The notes under the pieces were generated by a model, which saw nothing but the letters and a program-made list of their open reading frames with translations, did not search any database and had not been told where the DNA came from. Made by a program: the position numbers and the translations under genes. DNA of 64,000 nt, from the NCBI GenBank assembly GCA_963751345.1, contig CAVVUS010000011.1, forward strand, positions 64,001-128,000, read 5' to 3'. Below, one piece after another: positions 1 to 10,324 of this stretch; position 1 is the stretch's first letter; each line of letters starts with the position of its first letter. This DNA is from an uncultured Chloroflexia bacterium. Its GTDB lineage: Bacteria > Chloroflexota > Anaerolineae > B4-G1 > SLSP01.

Positions 1-23
1 CGCAGAGAAACCGGTGGTCACAC

Positions 24-520
24 GTGATCAGGGAGGTTGAGTTTCCGTCCGAGGGACGACGCTTGGAGGACTGCTGTTCCTGCCGGAGTCGCAGACCAAG
101 AGATTGAGGGCAAACACCGATGCCCTCAAAGAGGTACTCTTGCGGGGTGATGTCCGCGGGTCACCCGAGATGACAGTGGGTCCGATGGCCGTTGTCCCCT
201 TCGACCAGGCCGGTACACCGTCGCTGCTGAAGCCCCTTCAGGCGTTCCGATGGTTCATTGACTACGGAGCGCGCGCAGGGACTCAGTGGGACAACCGTGT
301 CACGCGGGTGCTGCCGGCAACGCCGGTCCCGTACAGCCCGGCACTGTGCGCGCTCTTCATCAAAGTGCCCACGCTACTGATGGCTGCGCCGGACGACGAG
401 ATGGTGCACGCCAACTATGCGGTCACCAGGCAGACCTACGAACTCATTCCCGGGCCCAAGCAGTGGTACGACATTGCCGGACGGCACTTCGGCCTGCTCT
501 ATCATCCATGTGAACCGTAA
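24..520 (+). pseudogene. alpha/beta hydrolase remnant (internal deletion)
   Basis: Frameshifted N-terminus resembling VIREVEFPSEG..LFLPE joins directly to a C-terminal part (KVPTLLMAAPDDEMV...PGPKQWYDIAGRHFGLLY). No nucleophile region is present. Confidence 0.5.
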
Positions 521-748
521 ACCAGGAGACGTCCTTTGATCGGAGTCCCGTGAGAAACCACTGCAGTCCAGCGTGCCTGCCCAGAAGCGGGCGCGCTCAA
601 TATGCTCTTCGATCGCCGGGCAGTGGGTCGCCAATCGCCGAAGGAACGTCTCCCCATAGACGTCGATCAGACAGGCGGAGTCCGTCGCGGGATCTCCCCA
701 GCCTGCCATGCCGAAGTCGATGACCCCACTAATACGGCACGGTAGCAC
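505..748 (-). pseudogene. aminoglycoside phosphotransferase (APH)-family C-terminal fragment
   Basis: ISGVIDFGMAGWGDPATD motif; no N-terminal lobe; frameshifted. Confidence 0.55.
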
Positions 749-915
749 CCGTAGTCAAGACGGCTCTTCCCGGCGCGTCAACCTACGAGCCCGGATTTGC
801 CGCAAGGCAGTGGGTCAATGTAAACTGTGTGGGAGCACCCACTGTGGTGGTCCCTTAAATGACATTGCATACCGGTGCCGGCAGATAATCGTACGAGGAG
901 AGATGAGGGGATGCG

Positions 916-1829
916 ATGAAGACGAGAGACACGGTCTATACCAACACGGATGGGGCGTATAGGGAAATCTGCGATTTCCTCAACGCGCTAGCGACCAAGG
1001 ACCCATGCATGCTTTGGGAATCCGGGCGGATGAACTTCTGGCGGTACAACGTCCACGCCGACAAGGATCCTGATGGCCCTTTCTTCAGGGAGAACGTGCA
1101 CGTCTGGCGGGCAAAGGATGACGCGATGGTCGCCCTGTTCATCTCGGAGTACGGCAAAGATGACTTCTTCATAGAAGTGATGCCAGAGTACCGTGAGGTC
1201 TATCCTGCCATCTTCCGCTGGATCGATGACCACTGGGCGACCACGCGGGCGAACGTTGAGATCGATGTTTACAGCGACGACGAGGAGAAGATCCGAAGGC
1301 TGGAGTCGCAGGGATTCCGGTTCAAGTGCCACTTCGAGAACAAGCGGACTTACGACCTGGACGCCATGGGATCTGGACTACACCCTCGAGGATGGATTCA
1401 CGGTGCAGGCGTTCTCTGAGTCGCTCAACACCGCTAGCCGGGTGGCCCTGGTGCAGAGCGCCTTCGACAACCCGGGGTATAAAGAGGGCCGCCTCAGGGG
1501 CCTGATGTCATCGCCCGACTACATCGACGAGTACAACCTGGTGGTCGTCTCGCCGGAGGGCGAACACGTGGCGTATTGTGTGGGCTGGCACGAAACCGCC
1601 AGAGAGCACGCCGCATACATCGAGCCGGTGGGCACACATGCCGGCGTATCGAAGGCGGGGATTCGCCTCGGCCGTGATCAAGGAATGCTTCCGACGGATG
1701 AAGGCCAATGGCATCCGAACGGTCGAGATCGCATCACGCGCGGAGCCGGACGTCTCGAACTATCTCTACGATTCACTGCATCCGCGGACCAAGCGAGAGG
1801 TCTACAAGTACGCCAAGGCGATGGCGTGA
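916..1829 (+). CDS. GNAT N-acetyltransferase (two apparent frameshifts, ~1369 and ~1643)
   Basis: Three overlapping ORFs form one protein with the acetyl-CoA motif EPVGTH.AYRRRGFASAVIKE. Alignment with the paralog at 5760-6363 locates the extra bases. Confidence 0.8.
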
Positions 1830-1853
1830 TGTTTAGCTACCTCAGCAATGCTG

Positions 1854-2798
1854 TTAGCCGCGTCCCTGCAGCCACCGGGATGTGTAGAACCGTGTCCACA
1901 ACAGCATGAGTATGGTGGGCAGAACGCCAAACCCGAAGATGAAGCAGTACAGCGTGTACTGCGCGGGCGGGGCCCACGCCTGTAGATAGGATGTGAAGGC
2001 GTAGACAAACGCATTGGCCAGCCAGTGGACCAGCATTGCCGGGAGTAGGCTGTCCGTCTTCACGGTAGCGTAGCCGTACCACAGCCCCAGGATGAACGCC
2101 CAGCTGATCTGCCCTACCACGCCGATCAGCGGCCCGCCGTTGAGGACATTGATCACGTGCATCAGGGAGAAGCCGAGTGCTGACATCGCAATGGCTTTAC
2201 GCTGTGAGAAATGATACAGAAACAACGATAGGAAGATCCCACGCCACAGGATTTCTTCAAAGACGGAGCCGAAGGATGTGAACACACTCATCGACCGAGG
2301 CGGGAGTTGTTTGGTGATGTCTATGGTGTCCAGCAGGAAGCTGGGTGTCAACGGTAGTTGCTGCCCGAGGCGGAAGACGACTGAACCAGCCACCTGACAT
2401 AACGCGTTCAGCGCCCAGCACGTCAACCCCAGCAGCACCAGCGACATGATGGGCCGCACTCTCGTGAGCCGGATGGCGTCGAAGTAGTCAAGATAGTAGG
2501 CGAAGAGCGCCCGAGCCCACAGCCAGACAGACGAACCCGATGCACGCCGGCGCATGTCTTCCACATGCTGGTGAAGCGAGCGCTTGGTCCGCGGGATGCG
2601 GAAGCCCAGCGGCGCCGCGACGACGATCATCAAGAGCAGGGCCGAGCCAGGGCTGAACAGCCCGGCAGCGTTCCGGAGCAGCGCGAACCCGAGCAGCACA
2701 ACCCACGCCGCGATGATGAACACAACCATCGCTGTCCACGGATGGACCGCGAACCGGAACCCGGGTTTGCGAACCTTCGAAGTAGCGATACCACTCAT
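1854..2798 (-). CDS. CPBP family (CAAX/Abi) intramembrane metalloprotease
   Basis: FEEILWRG, FSLMH and HWLAN motifs; multiple hydrophobic helices. Confidence 0.85.
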   Translation of the reverse strand: MSGIATSKVRKPGFRFAVHPWTAMVVFIIAAWVVLLGFALLRNAAGLFSPGSALLLMIVVAAPLGFRIPRTKRSLHQHVEDMRRRASGSSVWLWARALFAYYLDYFDAIRLTRVRPIMSLVLLGLTCWALNALCQVAGSVVFRLGQQLPLTPSFLLDTIDITKQLPPRSMSVFTSFGSVFEEILWRGIFLSLFLYHFSQRKAIAMSALGFSLMHVINVLNGGPLIGVVGQISWAFILGLWYGYATVKTDSLLPAMLVHWLANAFVYAFTSYLQAWAPPAQYTLYCFIFGFGVLPTILMLLWTRFYTSRWLQGRG

Positions 2799-2835
2799 GC
2801 TTCCTACTCCTCAATAAGGTGGTCAACCCTCTGAA

Positions 2836-3027
2836 TTAATCAACCGAGAGCGCTCCCCACGCCATCAACAGCCCCATCACGGCAAAGCCGATCAGGGGGG
2901 CAAGCAGACCGGTCGAGGCACCCTCAACCGTCATCTTGCCTGTGTAGATCCCAGAAGCCCATGCGCCTCCAATCGATAGGAACAGGAACATCCACCGGGG
3001 CAGAGTGCGCGTGTTGCTCTCTTCCAT
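2836..3027 (-). CDS. small two-TM membrane protein
   Basis: GGAGG RBS before MEESNTRT; two hydrophobic segments; directly upstream of the CPBP gene. Confidence 0.65.
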   Translation of the reverse strand: MEESNTRTLPRWMFLFLSIGGAWASGIYTGKMTVEGASTGLLAPLIGFAVMGLLMAWGALSVD

Positions 3028-3134
3028 GTCATCCTCCGATCTTGAGACCCGGTTCACGCACCCTCAGCATAAACGATGCTGTGAGACGCGTCACGAGTCC
3101 TTAGCGAGGATTGTTGCCTGTCGGGAGAAAGATA

Positions 3135-3177
3135 CGCTCACCTATCTCCGGTTATGGTTCTCAGAGACAGGTGAACG
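3135..3177 (-). terminator. hairpin downstream of the response regulator
   Basis: 14-bp arms whose two DNA mismatches become G-U pairs on the minus-strand RNA, followed by UAUCUUUCU. Confidence 0.45.
3139..3159 (-). promoter_or_regulatory. putative NarL-family regulator box upstream of the small protein-CPBP operon
   Basis: CACCTATCTCCGGTTATGGTT is 17/21 identical to 5508-5528. A minus-strand GTGACG-N17-TATGCT promoter lies at 3094-3066. Confidence 0.5.
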
Positions 3178-3215
3178 GGAGGGTGTACTGCGTTGTGAAC
3201 CACGTTCGTGGTTCG

Positions 3216-3875
3216 TTACCTGCCTTTACGCCGGATAAGTCCTTCTTGCCAGGCGTATACCGCTGCCTGCGTCCGGTCGGCAAGGTGGAGCTTGCTCAGA
3301 ATGTTGCTGACGTGCCCTTTGACTGTGCCCACCGTGATCACCAACCGCTCGGCGATGTCTTGATTGGCGTGACCCTGGGCGATCAGCTTCAGGACCTCCA
3401 TCTCGCGATCCGTCAGATCCGCAAAGGGCTTTGGCTCCTGCACATCGTCGTCCCAAAACTGCATAATCACGCGTCTCGCTACCGTGGGGTCCAGTGTGGC
3501 CTCGCCGATAGCCGCCTGCCGGATGGCATCTACCAGGTGCGGTGCTGTTACATCTTTGAGCAGATATGAAATCGCGCCCGCCCGTAACGCGGGAAAGATG
3601 TGCTCGTCCTGATGGTAGGAGGTCAGCACAATGATCTGCGTGCGCGGACTGATGTCCTTGATACGGCGGGTCGCTTCCACACCATCCATGCCCGGCATCA
3701 TGAGGTCCATAAGTACCACGTTGGGGACCAGTTCTCCTGCGCGGCGCACCGCTTCTTCTCCCGACCCCGCCTCTGCCACCACAACGATATCTTCCTGTGC
3801 GGCGAGGTAATCTGCTGCTCCTTGCCGCACCAGCGCATGGTCATCCACGATCAACACGGTGATTCTGTCATCCAT
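3216..3875 (-). CDS. NarL/LuxR family response regulator
   Basis: REC domain (LIVDDH, VLMDLMMPGMDG, YLLKD) plus LuxR HTH (LTDREMEVL...TVKGHVSNILSKL). Confidence 0.95.
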   Translation of the reverse strand: MDDRITVLIVDDHALVRQGAADYLAAQEDIVVVAEAGSGEEAVRRAGELVPNVVLMDLMMPGMDGVEATRRIKDISPRTQIIVLTSYHQDEHIFPALRAGAISYLLKDVTAPHLVDAIRQAAIGEATLDPTVARRVIMQFWDDDVQEPKPFADLTDREMEVLKLIAQGHANQDIAERLVITVGTVKGHVSNILSKLHLADRTQAAVYAWQEGLIRRKGR

Positions 3876-5400
3876 CTCGTTTGCTCCACGTACCCCAGTC
3901 GGGATTGAGGGGAAACACAGACCGAATCTGGGTGCCGATCCCCTGTGCCGTTTTCAGATCAAACTGCCCGCCGAGCAACTGGGTGCGTTCCCGCATCGAC
4001 GCCAGCCCCAGGCCACCCCGGACGCTGCCTGGGTCGAAGCCACAGCCATCGTCGGCAATTGTCAGTGTGACCGTACCGGCGTCACAACCCAGTTCCATGC
4101 GCACCGCCTGCGCCGCGCTGTGACGGGCCACGTTCGCCAGCGCTTCCTGCAAAATACGCAGCAGAGCCTGACTGGTGGCTAAGCTGCAGACACAGTCGCC
4201 GACGACCAACACATCCGCCTGTATTCCTGTCTGCACCGACCACTGGTGGGCATAGTTGCTCAGTTCTTCGGCCGGGCTGGTCTCGTCAGGTTCTGGAGGC
4301 CGCAGCTGGTGGATCACTTCGGTCAGTTCCTTGCGCACCGCATTCACCAAGCTGTCCGCTTCTCCCAGATGCTTTCGTGCCGCTTCCGGCTCGCGCTCGA
4401 ACAGGGCGAGCGCGGACCCGATTTGGAACGAAGCCGCCAAGGCCTGCTGTTTGGCACTGTCATGCAGGTCGCGGGCCAGCCGGTTGCGTTCCTCGGATAC
4501 GGCCATCTCCTGCCGCCGTGCAAGAAGATGGTCAAGCTGCTGGGCCATCGCGTTCATCTGCTGGCCAAGCAGGCTGAGTTCGTCACCGGTCGGGTCGTCG
4601 ATCATCGTGGTGAAATGTCCCCGGCTCCACAGACTCGCTACGGCAGCCAGGTGCTCAAAACGCGCGACGATCCCTCTGGCAGTCAGCGTGCCAAAAAGTG
4701 CTCCGATAACTCCCGCCCCGAGCAGTAGCAGTATCAGGCTGCGCCTGACCAACCCCAGCGTCAGCGTCGAGATGTCCTGTCGGGTAGGCAGTCTGCGGAC
4801 AACGCCAACCAGGGCGCCGAGGACATGATCTGCGTCATCCTCCTTCGGTATCGGCACGACGAAACCGATGCGGTCCGCAGCCTCTTCCGTGAACGTAAGT
4901 TTGGCCACGTCTTCCTCTCCGGCGAGTACCAGCGCCAGTCGTCCGTCCAGTCCGGGGATGCCGGAACCGTCGAAGGGTTCTCCAGGAGCGATGTCCGCCG
5001 TCAGTTGTGGGTTCGACGCAGCGAGCAGCGTGCCATCCGCGCCGATGACAAGCACGCTCAACTGAATATCGTGCCGGATGACAAGCTGTGTGCCGCTGGC
5101 AAATTGCATGATCTCACGTGGTGGCGACCGCGTCTCCAGCGTGTCCACCCACAACGGCAGTAGTTCCGGCGCAGTGGTGAGGATCTGTCGGACCATTGGC
5201 ACCGTGTGGGCTGCCGTTGCCTGATACCAGAACTCCGGCGTGAAGTACTCATCGGAACCGAGAGAGCCCGAGAAGAGGATGGCACTCAGAATGAGCACTA
5301 ATGTGAGCAGGGTGCCCACCGTGACCGCCATGTAACTGATCGTCAACCGCCAGCGGAGATGTTGGACTGCGTATTTCACGCGCTTCCATACGGCGGCCAT
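3868..5400 (-). CDS. sensor histidine kinase (2 TM, HAMP, HisKA_3, HATPase_c)
   Basis: EERNRLARDLHDSAKQ H-box, EALANVARHS N-box, DDGCGFDP/GLGL G-boxes; GGAGG RBS before ATG 5400. Confidence 0.95.
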   Translation of the reverse strand: MAAVWKRVKYAVQHLRWRLTISYMAVTVGTLLTLVLILSAILFSGSLGSDEYFTPEFWYQATAAHTVPMVRQILTTAPELLPLWVDTLETRSPPREIMQFASGTQLVIRHDIQLSVLVIGADGTLLAASNPQLTADIAPGEPFDGSGIPGLDGRLALVLAGEEDVAKLTFTEEAADRIGFVVPIPKEDDADHVLGALVGVVRRLPTRQDISTLTLGLVRRSLILLLLGAGVIGALFGTLTARGIVARFEHLAAVASLWSRGHFTTMIDDPTGDELSLLGQQMNAMAQQLDHLLARRQEMAVSEERNRLARDLHDSAKQQALAASFQIGSALALFEREPEAARKHLGEADSLVNAVRKELTEVIHQLRPPEPDETSPAEELSNYAHQWSVQTGIQADVLVVGDCVCSLATSQALLRILQEALANVARHSAAQAVRMELGCDAGTVTLTIADDGCGFDPGSVRGGLGLASMRERTQLLGGQFDLKTAQGIGTQIRSVFPLNPDWGTWSKRDG

Positions 5401-5507
5401 CGCACCTCCCTTCGCATCGTACGCGCATCGGCAGAAAGGTAAGCGTATGCTCATCTCTAGTATACGTTAGGTTTGTCGACTGGAAGCCTGACTTAAGCAT
5501 CGTATCG

Positions 5508-5528
5508 CACATACCTCCGGCTATGTTT
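5508..5528 (-). promoter_or_regulatory. putative autoregulatory box (CATA-N8-TATG) upstream of the histidine kinase
   Basis: CACATACCTCCGGCTATGTTT; minus-strand -10 TATACT at 5459-5464; matches 3139-3159. Confidence 0.5.
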
Positions 5529-5759
5529 CCCCCACGGCCCTACTGCCTGAGCCGGCCGTACAGATCGCCCTCGCTTACATCGTTCTCACGCGAACAAATC
5601 TGGCGCTGGTTGATCCGTGTTATGTCCGGGCAGCTTCACTCGACGACGGTCACGATCTGGCACACAGGTGAGGCTGATAGTATACTCTTGGTGGATTCGA
5701 CCTCGTCCTTAGGTGGAATAGGCTGTCACACGCGAGCTTGTGGTCTAGTTTCTTGTGGT

Positions 5760-6363
5760 GGTCATTATTGGGCGCTCATACGGACGGACATCGAGATAGA
5801 TGTCTACAGCGACGACGAGGAGAAGATTCGAAGGCTGGAGGCGCAGGGACTACCAATTCAAGTGTCACTTCGAGAACCTGCGAACCTACGAGCTGGACGC
5901 CCTCGATCTCGGCTATACGCTCGAAGAAGGGTTCACCGTGCAGGCGTTTTCCGAGTCGCTCAACTACGCCGGCCGGGTGGCCCTCGTGCAGAGCGCTTTC
6001 GACAATCCCGGATATACGGAGGCCAACCTCAAGGGGTTGATGTCATCGCCTGACCACATCGACGAGTATAATTTGGTGGTCGTCTCGCCGGAGGGTGAGC
6101 ACGTGGCGTACTGCGTGGGTTGGCACGACCGTGCGAAAGACCACGCCGGCTACATCGAACCGGTGGGAACGCATGCTGCGTATCGAAGGCGGGGATTTGC
6201 CTCAGCCGTGATCAAGGAATGCTTCAGGCGAATGAAGGCCAACGGGATACGGACCGTTGAGATCGCGTCCGGCGCAGAGCCGAACATCTCAAACTTCCTC
6301 TACGATTCGCTGCACCCGCGGAGCAGGCGAGAGATCCACAAGTATGCCAAGGCGGTGAGGTGA
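5760..6363 (+). pseudogene. 5'-truncated paralog of the GNAT acetyltransferase
   Basis: IEIDVYSDDEEKIRRLE...EPVGTHAAYRRRGFASAVIKECF matches 1230-1829. It lacks the first ~105 codons and a start, and has a frameshift at ~5849. Confidence 0.8.
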
Positions 6364-6366
6364 GGT

Positions 6367-6640
6367 CTAGTGCGAGTGGCGGGCGCTGTGGATGACCGTG
6401 TGGGTGTCTTGCGTCGCGGGAGCCTTGGTGAAGTCGGCGCAGGTGGTGATGCTATCGAAGCCGGCACGCTCGAGCATCAGACCGACCTGGTGTTAGTGGA
6501 ACCAGCGTAGACTGTGGGCGCGAGTCTCGGAGCCGACCACGATGCCGTCGATGGTGAGGTCATACCTGCGCTTGGAGGTCAGCGTCTGCTGAAGCAGATG
6601 AACAGACTCGGACCAGAGCGTGGCGCGGATTCTGTCGTCC
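6367..6640 (-). pseudogene. probable methyltransferase C-terminal remnant
   Basis: Broken frames read ...ETRAHSLRWF / QVGLMLERAGFDSITTCADFT, a typical class I SAM-MTase tail. Confidence 0.4.
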
Positions 6641-6644
6641 CCCC

Positions 6645-7202
6645 TTACGAGGCGACCTCGTCGTCCTCTTCTTTCTCTGCCTCCTCCGGTTCCGAAACAT
6701 CCACCGCAATGAGCAGAGTGTAGGCGTTGACCGCGGCTGTGCCCAACAGGGTCACGATGATACCGACAAGAAAGTAGGTGCCGGCGGTGATGCGGGCCAT
6801 CAGGAGGACGGAGATGATCGCTAGTCCTGCCAGGCATATCGTAGGAACCGTGAACCTGCGGTCGATGCTCTTGACACCGTGGTCCTGCTGCCGTTGCTGC
6901 GCACGACGCCGTTGGATGATCGCGTTGGCCACGCCGAGGATGCCTAGAAGCAGCAGCGGCACTCCCAGACCGAATGGTGACACGTTCGGAATCAGGAACA
7001 TGATGGAGATGAACAGCACGTAGAAGAAGCAGTTGAAGGTAAGACCCGCAAACTGCTGCAGGTCGGCGTAGGCCTCCCTCCGGAAAGCTTCCACGTTGAT
7101 GGAGACGGCCACAAAGAGCAGCCCCATCAGCGTGGCGGCTGCGGTCCCGGCCAGCAGGTAGAAGGTCTCCCATTCGGACATCGCCAGCGAGAAGTCAGTC
7201 AT
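6645..7202 (-). CDS. membrane protein of unknown function
   Basis: WETFYLLAGTAAATLMGLLFVAVSIN N-terminus; about 5 TM helices; starts 9 nt after the methyltransferase stop. Confidence 0.75.
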   Translation of the reverse strand: MTDFSLAMSEWETFYLLAGTAAATLMGLLFVAVSINVEAFRREAYADLQQFAGLTFNCFFYVLFISIMFLIPNVSPFGLGVPLLLLGILGVANAIIQRRRAQQRQQDHGVKSIDRRFTVPTICLAGLAIISVLLMARITAGTYFLVGIIVTLLGTAAVNAYTLLIAVDVSEPEEAEKEEDDEVAS

Positions 7203-7211
7203 TGTCGCCCC

Positions 7212-7904
7212 CTAGAACTCCACGAAGAACCGGAAATCGCGGGTGTCCTCACCTTGGGAAGTACGAAGCGCCACCCACTGGTGTTCGTCGTCTGGGGGTG
7301 ACGTTTCCGCGATGGTCCACCCAAGATTGGTGATATAGAAACGCGCCGCACGCGCGATTCCGGGCAGGCGGTAATCGTCGAGAATGATGATTCCACCCTT
7401 GCGGACCAGGCGCGCCAGGTAGTACAGGTCCACGAAGACCGCGTCGAAGCGATGGTTGCCGTCCACAAAGGCCAGGTCAAACTGCCGGCCTTCCCCGACA
7501 AACCGGGGCAGGGCGAGCTGCGAGAGCTCCCGATGGAATTCTACGAGTGCCCCAACCCCGGCCTCCTGGAGGAGCTCCAGGCCGCGATCGGCGTATCCGG
7601 CTTGCTGAAAAGGATCGAGCGCGACGTGCGTTGGGTCGGGGTTGCCGGTCAGCAGCAGGCCCTCACAGATGAACAACGCGGAAAACCCGAAGGCCAGTCC
7701 GATCTCGATGGTGTGCGCCGCGTTCTCCCTGCGGATCCACCGTCGGAGCGCCTCGCCCTCCGAAGTCGTGATGGCTACAGTGCGGAAGTCGTGGTCGGAG
7801 CCGCCTGTGTCAACGGGCGACGCGCCATCGCGATCCAGGCCTTCGATGACGGCACGGACCTGCTGAAGCGCGGCACGGCGTGGCTCTGTGGCCTTGGTCG
7901 TCAT
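7212..7904 (-). CDS. class I SAM-dependent methyltransferase (Methyltransf_24-like)
   Basis: IEIGLAFGFS motif I, FDLAFVDGNH, GGIIILDD; AAAGGAGG RBS before ATG 7904. Confidence 0.85.
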   Translation of the reverse strand: MTTKATEPRRAALQQVRAVIEGLDRDGASPVDTGGSDHDFRTVAITTSEGEALRRWIRRENAAHTIEIGLAFGFSALFICEGLLLTGNPDPTHVALDPFQQAGYADRGLELLQEAGVGALVEFHRELSQLALPRFVGEGRQFDLAFVDGNHRFDAVFVDLYYLARLVRKGGIIILDDYRLPGIARAARFYITNLGWTIAETSPPDDEHQWVALRTSQGEDTRDFRFFVEF

Positions 7905-8150
7905 CTGGCCTCCTTTCGACAGAAGAACCCAGCCAATATCCTCAGGCTCGCCAAGTATCAGCATAGCATACGCCTACCATCTTGGCTAGACGGCAGGCGC
8001 TCTTCTCTCCATCGGCTGGACACTAACCAAAAACCGACCTATCATGATGGAGCTGGTGGTTAGTTATCACTGATTGGGATTCTCCGTCGCGGAAGATCAT
8101 GTAGCTATCACGTCCGAGTGGGTCTCAACAGCATCGGAAGGAGTGCACCG

Positions 8151-10154
8151 ATGACGACACATATGCGCCTGATGGCCCTGCGAGTCTGCCTTGGATTGGT
8201 GCTGGCCTGTGGTCTCTTGCTTGTCGCGCGCCCGTCGGCTACCGTGGTCTCGGCGCCGGGCGACATCCAGGCGCCGGTGCTCAAGTGGCAGCACGGGGGC
8301 TGCTATTCATCGTGGTGTGAGACCGGCTGGTACTCGTCACCGGCGGTCGCCGATCTGGACGGCGACGGCACGATGGAGGTCATTGCTTCGGCATACTCGG
8401 TAGTCATCCTTGATGGCGCGACGGGGACATTAGAGAAGCGGATCGAGCACGATGGCGGCCGCACCTGGGCGGGCATCGTGGTGGCGGATCTGGACGGCGA
8501 CGGCGACTTGGAGATCGTCACCGCCCACGGCGGCGGCTACGTCAACCGCATCAACCACACCGGCGCCATCGATTGGACGCAGCGTCCGGCGACCAACGAG
8601 TTCCGCTCCCTCGCCGTGGGCGACCTGGACGCTAACGGCGACATGGAGATCGCCGTTGGGCTCGCGCGGCTGGATCACCTCAACGCCTGGGTGCTCGAGG
8701 ACGATGGCACGGCCCGCGCGGGATGGCCGCAGTTGACCGGGGAGGGTTCGGCAGCCGGCCTCTATAATGACAACATCGGCCTGGGCGACCTGGACGGCGA
8801 TTCAGAGCTCGAGTTGGTCGTCCCGTCGGACACGATCACAATCGCGGCCTACGAGCCGGACGGCAGCCAGCTTATGACCGACGAGATGTACCACGACCAG
8901 CCGGGCCACGACATGGACACCTGGGCCGAGGTACCGGCCTACGTCGACCTGGCCTACGAGACCCGAGGGTGGGGGCCCTGTTACGAGGAACCCACGGCAC
9001 GCGCGAACTTCGCCGACGGCCCCGCGAACGTCGCCGACGTCAACGGCGATGGCGTGAACGAGGTGGTGGTGATCGGCAACGTGCACGACTGCCATACCAG
9101 CCCCTACACAGACCTGTACAACACGCCCTACATCCTCAACCTCGATCGCACCCGGTTCAACCAGGATGGTTACGATTGGACTACGCCACCGGTGGACACC
9201 GGCGCCCCGATCAGCGAGGACTACAACGTGATCGAGAGCGTCCAGCCGAACCCCGTCACCGTGGATCTGGACGGCGACGGCAAGCTGGAGATCCTCTTCG
9301 CCTCGTATGACGGACGGCTCCACGCCTTGTGGCTTGACAAGACGGAGCACGGCAACTGGCCCTATGCCGTCTACACCGGCGGCGCCTATCGCTTCGCCAC
9401 CGAGCCGGTGGTTGCCGACCTGGACAACGACGGCCACGCGGAGGTCATCTTTGGCTCGTGGGTGCAGAAGGGCTCGCACGCCACCGGCAAGCTGCACATC
9501 CTGGACTACTTGGGGAACCCGCTCCAGGAGGTCGATCTCCCGCCGGCCTACGGCAGCCCCGACTGGAACGGCGCGCTGGCGGCCCCCACGCTGGCGAACA
9601 TCGACGCGGATGGCGATCTCGAGGTCGTGCTGAACACGGCCCATTCGGGCTTCGTCGCCTATGACCTGCCAGGCACGGGGAACGCCCGCGTTTTGTGGAG
9701 CACGGGACGGGGGAACTATCTGCGAAACGGATACGTGGTGGAGCAGCCAGGCACTCTGGCACGCTCGACCAAGTACGCCAGCGATACGACGCCGGCGCCG
9801 GGCGACAGCTTAACCTACACGATCCTCCTGAAAAACCCCGGTGAGACGCTGGACCACGTGGCTGTCACCGACACGCTACCGACAGGCGTCTCCTATGCGG
9901 GGAAGCTGTGGTCCTCCTCAGGTCTGGCAGGCTACAATGGTGGTGCCGTTACCTGGAGCGGGGAGGTGTCCTCCACCGCACCCGTGACCGTGAGCTTTGT
10001 CGTCACGGTCAGCAGCCAGATCATAGGGACGCGCGTGATCATCAACGCCGCCAGCCTGGACGATGGTAGGGGCACCGTGCTGCATCGCCAGGCGACGGTG
10101 ATCGTCAACGGCACGTCGCTGTACCTGCCGGTCGTGCGCCGCGGCAGTCCCTGA
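8151..10154 (+). CDS. secreted FG-GAP/VCBS repeat protein with C-terminal DUF11-like Ig domain
   Basis: Signal peptide; about 8 DLDGDG-type Ca-binding loops; APGDSLTYTILLKN..VTDTLP domain; terminal LYLPVVRR. Confidence 0.85.
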   Translation: MTTHMRLMALRVCLGLVLACGLLLVARPSATVVSAPGDIQAPVLKWQHGGCYSSWCETGWYSSPAVADLDGDGTMEVIASAYSVVILDGATGTLEKRIEHDGGRTWAGIVVADLDGDGDLEIVTAHGGGYVNRINHTGAIDWTQRPATNEFRSLAVGDLDANGDMEIAVGLARLDHLNAWVLEDDGTARAGWPQLTGEGSAAGLYNDNIGLGDLDGDSELELVVPSDTITIAAYEPDGSQLMTDEMYHDQPGHDMDTWAEVPAYVDLAYETRGWGPCYEEPTARANFADGPANVADVNGDGVNEVVVIGNVHDCHTSPYTDLYNTPYILNLDRTRFNQDGYDWTTPPVDTGAPISEDYNVIESVQPNPVTVDLDGDGKLEILFASYDGRLHALWLDKTEHGNWPYAVYTGGAYRFATEPVVADLDNDGHAEVIFGSWVQKGSHATGKLHILDYLGNPLQEVDLPPAYGSPDWNGALAAPTLANIDADGDLEVVLNTAHSGFVAYDLPGTGNARVLWSTGRGNYLRNGYVVEQPGTLARSTKYASDTTPAPGDSLTYTILLKNPGETLDHVAVTDTLPTGVSYAGKLWSSSGLAGYNGGAVTWSGEVSSTAPVTVSFVVTVSSQIIGTRVIINAASLDDGRGTVLHRQATVIVNGTSLYLPVVRRGSP

Positions 10155-10324
10155 GCTGGGATCGCGCCAACACACCGCTCTCCTTCGTCCGGGTCGCAGG
10201 GCAAGGCCGGCGTGCGGCCTCACGAGGCGTGTGTACCATGACTGAGCCATCAAAACCGGACCCGGCAAAAGGCCGGGTCCGGTCGCGTCGTATTCATCGA
10301 CAGATACTGTGCTCAGCGCGAGCG

